DNA of 53,827 bases, filler included, from Trypethelium eluteriae (lineage: Eukaryota): the NCBI GenBank assembly GCA_051942245.1. It is 3 parts of 3 records of this genome, joined end to end, with 100 filler letters (N's around TTAATTAATTAA, not from the genome) between each part and the next. Parts side by side here need not be neighbours in the genome. Positions count along the whole stretch, not along the records: positions 1 to 17,892 come from JAVECL010000578.1; 2 more parts are not named here. One strand, written 5' to 3'. Positions 1 to 11,500 of the stretch are shown here, in pieces. Position 1 is the first letter of the stretch. The number at the start of each line of letters is the position of its first letter. The notes under the pieces are model-generated. The model was not told where the DNA came from, did not search any database, and saw nothing but the letters and a program-made list of their open reading frames with translations. The translations under genes and the position numbers were made by a program.

Positions 1-1036
1 GAGGAAGAGGAGAGGAGGGGAAGTGTATAACAAAGGAGAGTAATGGGGGTGTTTTCTTCCCTCTATCTTTTTTGGATGAGAAGGAGGGTGCATCGTTCTC
101 GCATGGCGTTAAGGGATAGGGAAATCGCGGGATTGGTTTCCGCTGCTGCGACTGTGGCTTCAGCGGCGGCTTTACACGAGAGATTAGAGCATGGCGTGGG
201 CCCAAAATTGGCTACAAAAAAGTATTGTGCGTATCGATATTTTGTTTATGTTCTTTACGTCGTGTCAGAAGGCAGCGATAGGCTTGCTTATCTTCAGCGA
301 CGAGTCCACATTTTGAATGACGGTCTTGCTGAACGTAGCAGCCGTTATCTGGATGCTATAGGTGGCCCTGCTGCAGAAGACGCCTTTTTTTAGTTTTTCT
401 CTAGTCCGGAAACTCCATTTAGGAAGCTAAGTAGACTAAGCTCACGCCTGTGAGGCTCTTTGCCACGTTTGAAACGTCGCGAAACAGCATGAAAGTCAAG
501 AGTTTAATGAGCTTTAGGGAGTAGACAAATTCTGACGGTATCATGCAGTAGATCGATGGGGTCTTTTCAATAATCGCGGCGATCTACGACCGGCTGAATT
601 CTTTCAGCAGGACTTCAGTGACCATACGCATTCTGGATCAAATAAGTTATGCAAAAAGTTCCGATCGTCTGGCATGACATTTCTGGTCTTCCTTCTGTAT
701 ATCGGTATCGATACTGGGCCAGTCAGAATGGTCAGGATCGCAAGACTGTCGTCCCGAAAGCCACCGCTGAAAAGCGAGATGCCTTTCGGAGACAGTCATT
801 TATGCTTTCAGAAACGCTACTATTGGTCAAGACTCGAGGTTATCCTTAAGATCATCTGATTACCAGGCCACTGACTTAAGAGAAGCGCTGTCTCCAGATA
901 CACTTCCTTCACTAAATAAAAGTTGCTAGAGAAGCCGTTGCGTTCTAGCACAGTGGAGTATGAGCAGCTCTTCAAAACCGTATGCGATGCTGCAAACTGG
1001 CACTTCATGAAGTCTAATTGCATCTATGCTACCTCC

Positions 1037-1995
1037 TCAGGAAGCCCAGGCAAAGTCATGCAAAACTGCTATATCGTGGGCATTCGGTAGCGTAATGTCC
1101 ATCTCGAAGCTCTCGGAACTTGGCGGTGACTTTTGGAAGCTTAGATGACTGCAGCTCGTACATGAGATCGGTTGGGCTGTGGGTTTGTAACTGCTATCCC
1201 TTGGTGTGATACTTATTGCAGAAGCCTTAAAAAGGACGTCATCGTGTTGACCCGACAATATGAGCGCGTAACCTGTACTGCTAGGACCGGCACCACGGTT
1301 GATTCGACCTAAGACTCGCCGAAGGTTGTTATTGTACGCTGCTTCTTGAAGCCGAAATCCCACGTTTTGAGGGATACACAAGGCTACCTGATTATTATCT
1401 TGAGGATTACCTCTGGTCATGCATAACTCGTTCTGCGCACAGCGTCCTCTTGTTTTGGTGTGGTAACCGCCTGGCGGAGGCATGCTTGTATCAATACAGT
1501 CGATTTCATATTCTCGTATATTCCCTTCCGGAACGCAATACGATCGGTAGAAGTTGGTGGTGGCGCCGCTAGCAGAAGCGGCATTGATTGGAGGTGGACA
1601 AAAAGTCATAGGCCTTGCTTGACCTACTCTTCTCACAAGTCTTGAATCGGCTACGGTGGTATTATGGTTTGTGGAGTTGGAGATAGACTGATGACCCGAT
1701 ACAAGTGTGGTTTTACTGTGACAGATTTCTAATCAGCAATCTTTTATTTTCTTCCTTTCTCCTTTTTTTTGTTTCCCTTTCCCTCTATGATTGCAGCCTC
1801 TCCAAAAGGAAGTAGATGAATTCTGGTTATTATCTTCTCGTCTTTTTTTGGTCGGGATTAAGAAAGAGAACTGTAGAATGAAAACAAGGGAGATTCAGCT
1901 CACATGGGAATAATACCGATACTGGAGTTTTCTTGAGTCGCTAGAGAATTACATAGAAGACAAGCAACCGAAGATAAGGCAATCAATAGCTTCAT
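1037..1995 (-). CDS. Small secreted cysteine-rich protein, effector-like (2 exons: 1995-1904, 1715-1037; 256 aa)
   Basis: Exon 1 encodes the signal peptide MKLLIALSSVACLLCNSLA. A GTGAG...CACAG intron (1903-1716, branch GCTGAT) joins it in frame to ORF 1037..1636. The pro-region ends in LVRR and the mature part has 8 Cys. Confidence 0.85.
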
Positions 1996-3436
1996 ATTCG
2001 AGGTGGTTAGATGCATATTCTTCGATACCTAATAACATCCAGAAGATGTGGAAGAACGACTAATACCTTTATACTCTGGCGACAGAACTGCGGAGTATTC
2101 CGTAAATTTTCCACGTCGCCATCTTTAGTTTATACATGTCGTCATCAAACTCGGAGATAGAATGAACAATGACAGCCCGTATACACAAATTGAATCATGT
2201 GACGTCGTTCAAAGTATCGGTTCTGATATCTGGCCCAACATGTTGTGCACACACGTCTCTCGTTTCAGGCTCAGTTACGCGCAGGGGGTATCCCAGAACG
2301 CGTCGGCGTTACCTACCTTTTATTAAATTTATAGTTTGTGATTTATCACCCGGAAAAGCACAGAATATGGACAGCCATTGCACCTAGAAAATTCACCAAA
2401 CACGTCGTCATTTGAAGAACTTAGTCAAGATACTCACCGCCAAGCGTTATATACAGTCTAATGCTTCAGGCTGCCGCTGTTGGTGTATAACATGCGTCCG
2501 TCAGTTCTGCTGCGTAAGTTATAGCGACAATATAGGTACCGAGTTTGTATCGCAAAGCATCAGGAGGGACCGAGATTCAATTGTGAATGGCTCTTAGAGG
2601 TAGTGAAATGCTGCATAAATCAGGGTTGGCTTAAGTAATTACAGTGAAGAAAGTTTGAAGCTTTATTATTCTGTAGAGATGTTTATCAAGTCTGAGAATG
2701 GGGCAAAGCGATCTGTGAAGGAAGAAGTTTGAAGAATCATTGATGCGGACTTGTAATGTGGTTGCGGACCGTCACGAGGTTGTACCATTAGCAAAGCTGT
2801 ATGGCGCAAGATCAATTGCGTCTCTTGAACTTCCAAAAGCATGATGCATACGGCACAGTCTACAGGAGGTATGCTGGATATCATGGTCTTGGTATCCGCG
2901 GCAAGCGTCACAAAAAGACAAGTTATGCCAAAGAGAAATATTGAGACTAACTTGGTCTGAAGTAATGATGACCGATCGTCATCCCCCATAGATACCATTG
3001 GTAAGCTGATTATGTGGAAAGAGACCAAAGAGTAAGTACTTTCGCTGGGGATATTCCATGAGGTTGAATGACTGAGCTTCGGTGGTGTTTTCCTGTCATG
3101 TAAGGCCATCAATAGGAGAGCTTGGATCTTGCACATAACTTCCAAATTGGTGCATATGTTGCAACCGGAAGCTCGAATCTCAGACCCTATAACTTATGGA
3201 TGTGACCTCCACGTATCAAGATTCTCATATAGAGACACAATGTCGCTGAAACCCGAAGGAAAGCGTGGAAAGGAAGATGAGTATTCTAGTGCAGGGGTGG
3301 ATGTGGATGTTAACAACGGGCCGAGTTCGGCCGCGCAAGATTTCGAAGCTTGACGTCGACCTCGAACAAATTGACGGCTCACGAGTCATGAATTTCGCAA
3401 TGATCCAGAACCAATTGTTCTCCCCACGACTTCAAG

Positions 3437-4607
3437 ATGGCCATGAACTCCATAAAGCTCTTGACTGGCAACAGCCATCCCCAGCTGGCTAAATTGGTGG
3501 CTGATCGGTGCGTCTTTTTTCTGTACTAGAAATCAGCATGCGTTGTCAATTGCACCTTTCTGCAAAACTTACTAATATAGTTGAGCAAATAGGCTGGGGA
3601 TCGAGTTAACGAAGATAATGGTCCTCCAATACTCGAATCAAGAGACCTCCGTCACAATCGGCGAATCCGTCCGAGATGAGGATGGTACGTTACCCGAATC
3701 CTGTCTCTGGATAGATCCTCCCCTCTAAAACCATACTCTTACAGTCTTCATCCTTCAATCCACTGCCCCCGGCGACATCAATGACGGTCTCATGGAACTC
3801 CTGATCATGATCAATGCCTGCAAGACCGCCTCTGCCCGACGTATCACCGCCGTCATCCCCAACTTCCCCTACGCCCGCCAAGATAAGAAAGACAAATCCC
3901 GCGCGCCCATCACGGCGAAGCTCATGGCCAACATGCTGCAAACCGCGGGCTGCAACCATGTCATCACAATGGATCTGCACGCGTCGCAGATCCAGGGCTT
4001 CTTCAATGTCCCCGTCGATAACCTCTACGCTGAACCTAGTACTTTGCGTTGGATCCGCGACAACCTCCCGGTCAAGGATTGTGTGATTGTGAGTCCCGAT
4101 GCGGGAGGGGCGAAACGTGCGACGAGCATGGCGGATGGGTTAGATTTGGGGTTTGCGCTGATTCATAAGGAGAGGGCAAGGCCGAACGAGGTCAGTCGCA
4201 TGGTGCTGGTGGGAGATGTCAAGGGCCGAGTTGCGATCATCGTGGATGATATGGCAGACACGTGTGGAACGCTATGCAAGGCAGCAGACGTATGTCTAGA
4301 GCATGGGGCGAAGAAGGCAATTGCGATTGTAACACATGGGATTCTAAGTGGGAAGGCAGTCGAGGCACTAAATGGAAGTAAGTTGGAGAGGCTGGTTGTG
4401 ACGAACACGGTGCCGCACGCAGGGAAGAAGGAGATGTGCTCGAAGCTGGAAACGATTGATATTAGTCCTACGGTGAGTAATATGGTAGTAATTTCTCGTT
4501 CCGCGCTGCAGAGCTAACAAAACTTACAACAGCTTGCCGAAGCATGTAGGCGGACACATAATGGTGAAAGCGTCTCCTTTCTATTCAAGCATGCGCCAAC
4601 GGATTGA
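3437..4607 (+). CDS. PRS3: Ribose-phosphate pyrophosphokinase (PRPP synthetase), 4 exons
   Basis: [18 protein letters not shown] start, [44 protein letters not shown]-binding [10 protein letters not shown] and C-terminal [13 protein letters not shown]; canonical GT-AG introns. The paralog number is by resemblance only. Confidence 0.93.
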
Positions 4608-5008
4608 TGACGCTCAGATGAGGCAGACAGGATCTTTGCTGAAATAGGAGTCTGGAGTAAATGGGCTGAAAGTCAATGCTAGGTAGGGGTGTTGACGAGC
4701 TTCTCAATTTTTCATATTTCTTCCTATATGCTATATGATATCCACACACCAGTAGCTGAACAAAAGAGTCTCTGCATTTAGCCTTTACGCGAAAAACTTC
4801 ATGGCAGAGAACCGACCAATTTTTAAGCGTGTCCATAAAATGCATGAGACGAACCGCCATTTTGCGCAAGGTAGTATGGACGTACACAAGGTTGAGGAAT
4901 AGCTGATTTTTAGTAGCAAATACTCATCAACAGGATTAAGCCGGATACCTGCTCTCCAGGACCTGAATCTTGCTATCCAAAATTTGCGTTTCGAGCTATG
5001 CAGCGCTC

Positions 5009-6686
5009 TCAACGTGTCTTTTTGGCAAGTGGAACATCCGCTTGTTCGTCAACGACTTGCTCTAATCCCCTCTTCTCGCCAACCCCGTTGAGCTCTTTTT
5101 CCTTCTCCACAAATTGAGCCTTCTCCTTTTCCGTCAGATCATCCAACAACGGCTGCTCCTCCTTGGCTGCGAGATTGGAATGGAAAGCTCTGATGATTGA
5201 ATCGGCATCATCGACAGCAAGCGGCCTAACATCAGCCATTGCCTTGATTTTAGCAGTGCAGAGCTTGACCTGCTCATCTGACATTTTCAATCCGAGCTGC
5301 TCGACGCGGGATTTGATAGCGTTCCAGCCAGTGATACGGGAGGCAAAGTGAACGTAACGAGTCATGCCGAAATCTTCTGGATTGATGATCTCATACGTTG
5401 ATGAGTTTGCCAGTATTGCCTTCTGATGGATTCCACTCTTGTGGGTGAAAGCGGAAAATCCGGTGATTGGGTTTTTGAATGGAATATTTACTTGGACAGA
5501 TTCAGCAACCAAGTTCTCGATTTCTTTGATCTTCTCCAGCCTGTACTTGGACTTGACATAATCGCGGTCTGCTACGATCATGCGGGCCATGAAGCCATCG
5601 AGCTTGGTAATCCCATTTCGTTCGCCAATGCCGAGGACGGACGTGTCTATGTGGGTCGCGCCGGCCTCGAGCGCGCAATAAGCGTTGGCAATTGAACAGC
5701 CGGTGTCATCATGGAAATGGCATTCGATTTCGCAGCTTACAACACCGCGAAGGGTTCGAACGAGGTCGTATACCTGTCGAGGAGACGCGCAGCCCACGGT
5801 ACTATGACCACGATTAGTCAAGACTTATGGTGAAGGTGAAGGGGCGAGTTCACTCATCAATGCCAACACGATTCACACCAACTCGGTCGACTGCCGAATA
5901 GATCGTGAGCAAATCTACAAGGTCCGATCGGAATGAATCCTCGCTCGAAAATCTGATCTCGATTCCGCTTGACTTGACGTATTGCATGACTTCAATGGCG
6001 GTGTTCTTGATATCTTAGAACGGAATATTAGCGTCGTCAAAGCATGTAGACGCTACTCAAGTCAGCACATACAGGTCATGTCCTTCCCATGACTGTGCTC
6101 CCTCAGGTAGCTCTCTGCTTGTGCCGATAACGACGTCGACTCCGTCCACACCGCAGTCACATGCCAATTTGGCATCTTGCATGTTACACCGTATGTGCGT
6201 GAGGACCTTAGCCTTGAAACCAAGCTTGCATATTGTTTTGCAGTCTTCATAGCTCTGCTCCGAAGCAGCAGGACTCGTGAGTTCGATATAGTCCACGCCT
6301 AGCTCATCGAGAGCCTTCGCGATTTTAATCTTCGTCTGGGTATCAAACCATGCGTTTGCGAATTGTTCACCTTCTCTTAGTGTTGACTCGATGATCTGAA
6401 ATCTTGAGACTGTATGGAATTAGCATGTTTTTGGTACCAGCACTGGCTGTCTCAGTCACTTACCGTTCGAAAGAAAGTCTCCCACACCGGAATATGGGTT
6501 TTTAATTTGGGGGTGAAGGTTTTGCTTGGTCTCTATACCGGTAAAACCTTCATGGCCTCCAGCATGTTAGTTGCGCCAGAATTGTGGAAAAAGGGCGTTG
6601 ACAGTACTACCATTGACGCCGTTGGTGCCATTGACGCCATTGGCATGGCCATTGGCATTGCCATTTTCTTCAGCAGACGGACACAT
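5009..6686 (-). pseudogene. LYS21: Homocitrate synthase (LYS20/21 family), frameshifted; pseudogene or assembly error
   Basis: Motifs [45 protein letters not shown] and [16 protein letters not shown]. An extra AGAG at about 6113-6116 splits GTS from [13 protein letters not shown] into different frames. Confidence 0.85.
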
Positions 6687-6904
6687 GGTGCTTGATCTTC
6701 CCGGAACAGCTTTGCAGCGCGTTCGGCGTGTGGAGAAGTGGAGAATTAGCTGAGACTAGGCCGTACAGCGAATGGATAGCTGGCCTTTAGAGGAGCTGAC
6801 CTATGACCAACAGCTCAGCAATGAGAGAACAAACTGTGATGATCGGCTTTTGGGTTTGCAATTGGATTTTAGAGTAAGCGCATTCAGAGTCATAGAGGTC
6901 GTTG

Positions 6905-6911
6905 TGAGTCA
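6905..6911. promoter_or_regulatory. Candidate CpcA/Gcn4 response element (TGAGTCA)
   Basis: Exact TGASTCA about 220 bp upstream of the homocitrate synthase ATG, as expected for an amino-acid biosynthesis gene. A 7-mer can occur by chance. Confidence 0.45.
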
Positions 6912-7094
6912 GGATGAAAAGTGGGAGGTTCTGGTTCGTTTTGGTGGAGTACTATAGATCTGCGTGACATAATAATGTGGCATAAAAACTAAGATTTGGC
7001 GCAATTACGCACAAATTTTCCTGGGGTACATGCAGAGGAGCTTAGCCACATGAGACCTGGCGTTCCGGTATCGCCAGGAACGCCCCGACCGTTA

Positions 7095-7385
7095 CGGAGG
7101 TGCCTACCAAAAGTGTTTTCACCCCCCCTGTCAGTTAGCGTGATTCTTCCCGCTTTTAGCGTGATATTGCCTCTGCAATTCGGTCTAATAAGGTTGGTTC
7201 CAAATCGCGCTAAATTTTGGACAATTTCCAACTAATTCTTTTCTTTTCGAACGAATTTAGAGGCAAGTAAGTAGAATTGCGACCTCACAAGATACGGAGA
7301 GAATTTGCCAACAAAGGTTGACGGGACCACGCACTCCACGCTAAATTGACAGGGGGGGTGAAATTACTTTTGGTAGGCACCTCCG
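7095..7385. mobile_element. 291-bp MITE of Tc1/mariner type
   Basis: About 49-bp terminal inverted repeats: CGGAGGTGCCTACCAAAAGTgtTTTCACCCCCCCTGTCAgTTAGCGTG, with its near-perfect reverse complement at about 7336-7385. TA at 7093-94 and 7386-87 (target-site duplication). Internal copies of TTAGCGTG/CGCTAAA. No transposase. Confidence 0.92.
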
Positions 7386-8519
7386 TACTCTAATACGATA
7401 CGCGTGGCACGGAGTACCTCGACAATACTTTGACGGCACTTTACATCTATTGATTCATAGGCCGACCGAAGCCTCGCATATTGATTGACCTCTGCTACGA
7501 AAAGGGACGGCCAACGGGACATATGACCGTGCTTGATATGGATGGCGTTCATAAGACTTTCAAGACCCGGGACCATGCTTCATATCAGTTGTACAGGATG
7601 ACATTGGCAAGCAGCACGATCAATCATCGAATTCAACATGTATCTCTTGCAGCTTTACAGAGCGATCTGGCGGAGGACAGTGCGCACGAAGCTGCGCATC
7701 TCTTGCTCCCATGTGGTGGAAGGTGGAATCCATAGCGAACACATCATTTCCCTCCTGCTCAATACAAAGAACAGAATCGTTAAGCTATCTATCATCCCAA
7801 CCGGTCTATTACAACCCATCGATTGACTAGCCCTCCTACGAGTAGGAGGCCTCCTTCCTTAATGGTCGTAAGGCTCAGATTGTGTGCTGATAAATTCTCG
7901 CACAATGCAGTCGCCATAATGTCATTCAATAGCAGTGTTTCCGGAAAAGAAAGCCTACGCTGGCGACAATCGTGTTCCAGCTAGCAATATCTGCCAAGAA
8001 TCGAAAATACTAGAGGGCCTAGATCTCTTGCCTGGACTTGCGTCGCGAGGTTCGGACGGATTGAAGCGGCTGCCGTGACGTACAGGCATTCATCCCACCT
8101 TTTGCTACCTAGGTACATGTACCAGCTATTGTAAGAGATACCTGCAATCTGATTACCACACTCTGTGTGGAATTGACCGTGTTCTTTTCTTGATTTTCCG
8201 ACAAATCACCAAGCCTATCAGTCGATAATCCAAGACGACCATCCCCCCGTTTCTACTCTACTTCCAATGTATTGCTTGAAGCTGTCATCTGTGTAGGCGT
8301 AAGAAGTCTACCTTGATGCCTAATCGGTAACTTCGGTCGCGGACTGAAGTTCTCTCATGGCCTCAGCCTTGTACAGATCCATGATACCATCCATCTCGGC
8401 AGCTTCTTTGATAATACGACACTGAGTGTTCTCCATCGGACGCGCCTCATACTCCACTCCTTGGACGTCGCTGAAAGCCTGCTAAAAGTGAAGCAGAGTG
8501 CCCGTCCAATTTCAGCCTG

Positions 8520-11500
8520 ATGGACCAGTCAAGGGAGGTCTTCCGCATACCTGCGCGACCATGGACGTATCGAGTAGAGAACATTCCAGCTAGGACCACG
8601 CGGGAGGAACTCTTAAAATTCTTCCTCGAGCCAGATCACAAATACATAACGATCAAAAGTCTAGCGCCCGCTGCAGCTAGTAGCGACGAAAGTGATGCTA
8701 GCGACCTTACAGCAACGCTATCATTCGCGACTGTGGATGGACCCAACCGGATGCCAAGGCTCGCCGTTACATCCAGTAGTCGTCTCACTGTAGATAATGA
8801 TTTCTATGGCTTGACTCCCTTGAATTGGCCGCAGCGCCCAGTCAAAGCAGACATCATAGCCATTACTGGATTAGCAGGACATGCTTACGGGTCATGGGCA
8901 ACCCGAGATAACTTCATGTGGCTGAGAGATGCTCTCCCGTTAGATATCCCTTGCGCTCGAATTCTGATCTATGGATACCCGTCGCACCTCCAGAACAACG
9001 AGGCGCGAAATATTCTTGCCGATTACGCCCAGACTTTTATTGAACGTATTCGGGTCATGAAGGAGGTGGCTCGCGGCAGCAAGGATCGTCCTATAATCCT
9101 AATAGGCCACAGTCTTGGATGTCTCATTATCAAGCAAGCTCTTGTGGAAGCATTTGGCTCTCATTCTTCACTGTTTCCCATCTGCTGCATAATATTCCTA
9201 GGTGCCCCCCATCGTGGCCTACAAGTTGAAGCACTGGAGACACTTGTAAAGTCAAAGCCAGCAGAGGATATAATACGAGAATTAAAATCAGGATCGTCAA
9301 CGCTGCGGTACTTAAACAAAAGCTTCTGTAAGGCTACTAGAGGTATTCCTATCATAACTTGCTATGAGAGGTATCCAACACCTACTGTGGTCTGGCGAGA
9401 TGGTGACTGGAGAAGGGATGGTCCAAAGGTCCTTATGGTTCCAGAAAGTTCAGCTATATTAGATCTGCCTCAAGAGACTCTGATTGCAGCCCATTCTAAT
9501 CACTCGGATATCGCCAAAATCAAACGCAATGAGGGAGGCATATACCACATTCTGAAGGGCAAAATCGAAAACGCAATTAGGCAAACCCGGCCTATCATTC
9601 GCGAGATCTTCTCATCAATTGGAAACGAAGGCTCACAAATCGCCAGTCTTACCAATGCTACGGAACTGGTTCAACTCTGGCCTGATCCAGGTCCTGAGGC
9701 TCAATACACAGAAGCTGATACGCGCCTCGACATCATTGCGATCCACGGTCTGGCTGGAAACTATCTTGCTACGTGGATTGATGGCTCTCGTCTTTGGCTT
9801 CGTGACTTTCTGCCATCGCAGGTGAAAGAAGCCAGAGTTCTTTCCTTCAGTTACAGCGCCACCAATGTTTTAGCATGCTATGGGTCGGGTCTCGAAGACC
9901 AAGCAATACACTTGCTGGCAAAATTGAAGAAGGCTAGGATGAATCTTACGCAGAAGTCTCGTCGAAAACTTCTCTTTGTCTGTCACGACTTTGGTGGCAT
10001 GATACTTAAGCAAGCGCTACTGTTGACACATCAGCCTGAATCCACGAATCATTGGTTCTATGAAAGCACTATGGGAACGCTCTTCTTTGGTAGTCCCCAG
10101 CATGGTCCTGATTTGATCTGGTGGTCCAATATAATCCGTCGATTACTGCGAGAACACTACGCCGTGCTATCTAACATTACGAGCGATCTTGCAGGGATTG
10201 GAGTTAAGTTTGGCCTTGTCTGCGCTAGGATAGTATCTTCCAAGCTAGTGCCAGGTCGAATCTATTCATTCTATGAGTCCTTGTCAGACGTCTCGAGCGA
10301 CAAGGTTTGGTATGCATAGAATTAGACAGAGAACCTTTGCTAACTATTACAGATTTTGGACGAACAGTCGGCTATCCTCAAGGCTCAGAATGAAACCGTT
10401 GTGGCTTTAGATGCGGACCATCAGGGTTTATGCAAATTCATCTCATCTAGTCATGTCAATTATTCGCTAGTCATAAACTCGATAAAAGATATTATTGATT
10501 ATGACGAGGAAGAAGCTGCACCAGGTAAAATCCCAGACTAGACTTAAAGGATGACTAACCTCAATTTTCAATCAGGATTGCGCATGGTCGAGATGAAGTT
10601 TCTCGATTACCTCCTTCGTGTCGTTCCCAACTCGATTCTTTACTTAATACCAAATAGATGGGAACGCTCCTGTGATTGGATATTGGAACACGCCGCCTTC
10701 AGGAAACTCCAGCATGATGATAACTCTCGTCTTCTGTGGCTCCACGGTACGCCAGGATCTGGTAAAACGGTGCTCATGAAGCACGTCGTTCAGTCCATGG
10801 AGGACATACTGTGCGGAAGAACATCTGATGCCAAGTTACCCATCACATCAGTCGCCGGAGTGTCCCACTGCATAGCGTTCTTTTTCTGCGATGACAAAGA
10901 CCCCCTGCGCAAGACTGTTGAGGGAGTTCTCCTCTCCATTCTCTACCAGATTCTGAGGAACTCTGCGACTGCGAACATCAACCTTTTCCGTCACATAGAC
11001 CAAGACTTCTTATACGACAAAGGCGAAAATCAGAAGAGTATAAGCGGCAGTCAAGCACACGATGACCAAGAAAAACTATGGAGTACTCTACTTGCAATCG
11101 CTCAGAAAGCTCCAGGTATCGTTTTCTGGATTTTCATTGATGCCGTGGATGAGTTGAAGCCAGGAGCTATGAATGAGCTACTTCTTGGTATGGAGCGGAC
11201 CGTCAATGGAGATCTTGTCGGGCGAGTCAAATTCATCTTGTCCAGTCGTTCTTCCGTTTCAGAAGAGACCCATTTCTCAGCAACACTCAGTCCACTTCAG
11301 ATCGACATGAACCTGGCTGAGGGAGTTCACAGTGACGTCCAGGAATTCGTTCATTCACGCGTTGATTCGTTTGCCAATGCCGTGCCTATTGATGATGATT
11401 ATCGTAAGAGGCTAGTAGAAGAGCTTGTTCGCGTATCCGCAGGGACATTTCTGCATGCCTCATTGGCTTGGGCGGCTTTTACGAAGGGACTCGCACCCGA

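Noticed and set aside
43..859. Short ORFs at the start of the window
   Set aside because: No family motifs; they may be relic or non-coding sequence and cannot be supported.
2666..3145. 159-aa minus-strand ORF with a hydrophobic stretch
   Set aside because: Non-ATG start in the track, no recognisable motif and no supporting splice structure.
6105..6120. Programmed +1 frameshift regulating homocitrate synthase
   Set aside because: There is no recognisable shift site or lysine-codon sensor. An AG dinucleotide expansion plus other signs of decay is the simpler reading.
6610..6665. 9-bp repeats encoding NG-rich units
   Set aside because: This is the ordinary low-complexity N-terminus of fungal homocitrate synthases.
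7481..8400. Possible amyloid-motif or effector partner gene next to the NLR
   Set aside because: Only short ORFs are present, with no HeLo, gasdermin or N/G/Q-rich amyloid motif, and the NLR N-terminus lacks such a motif.
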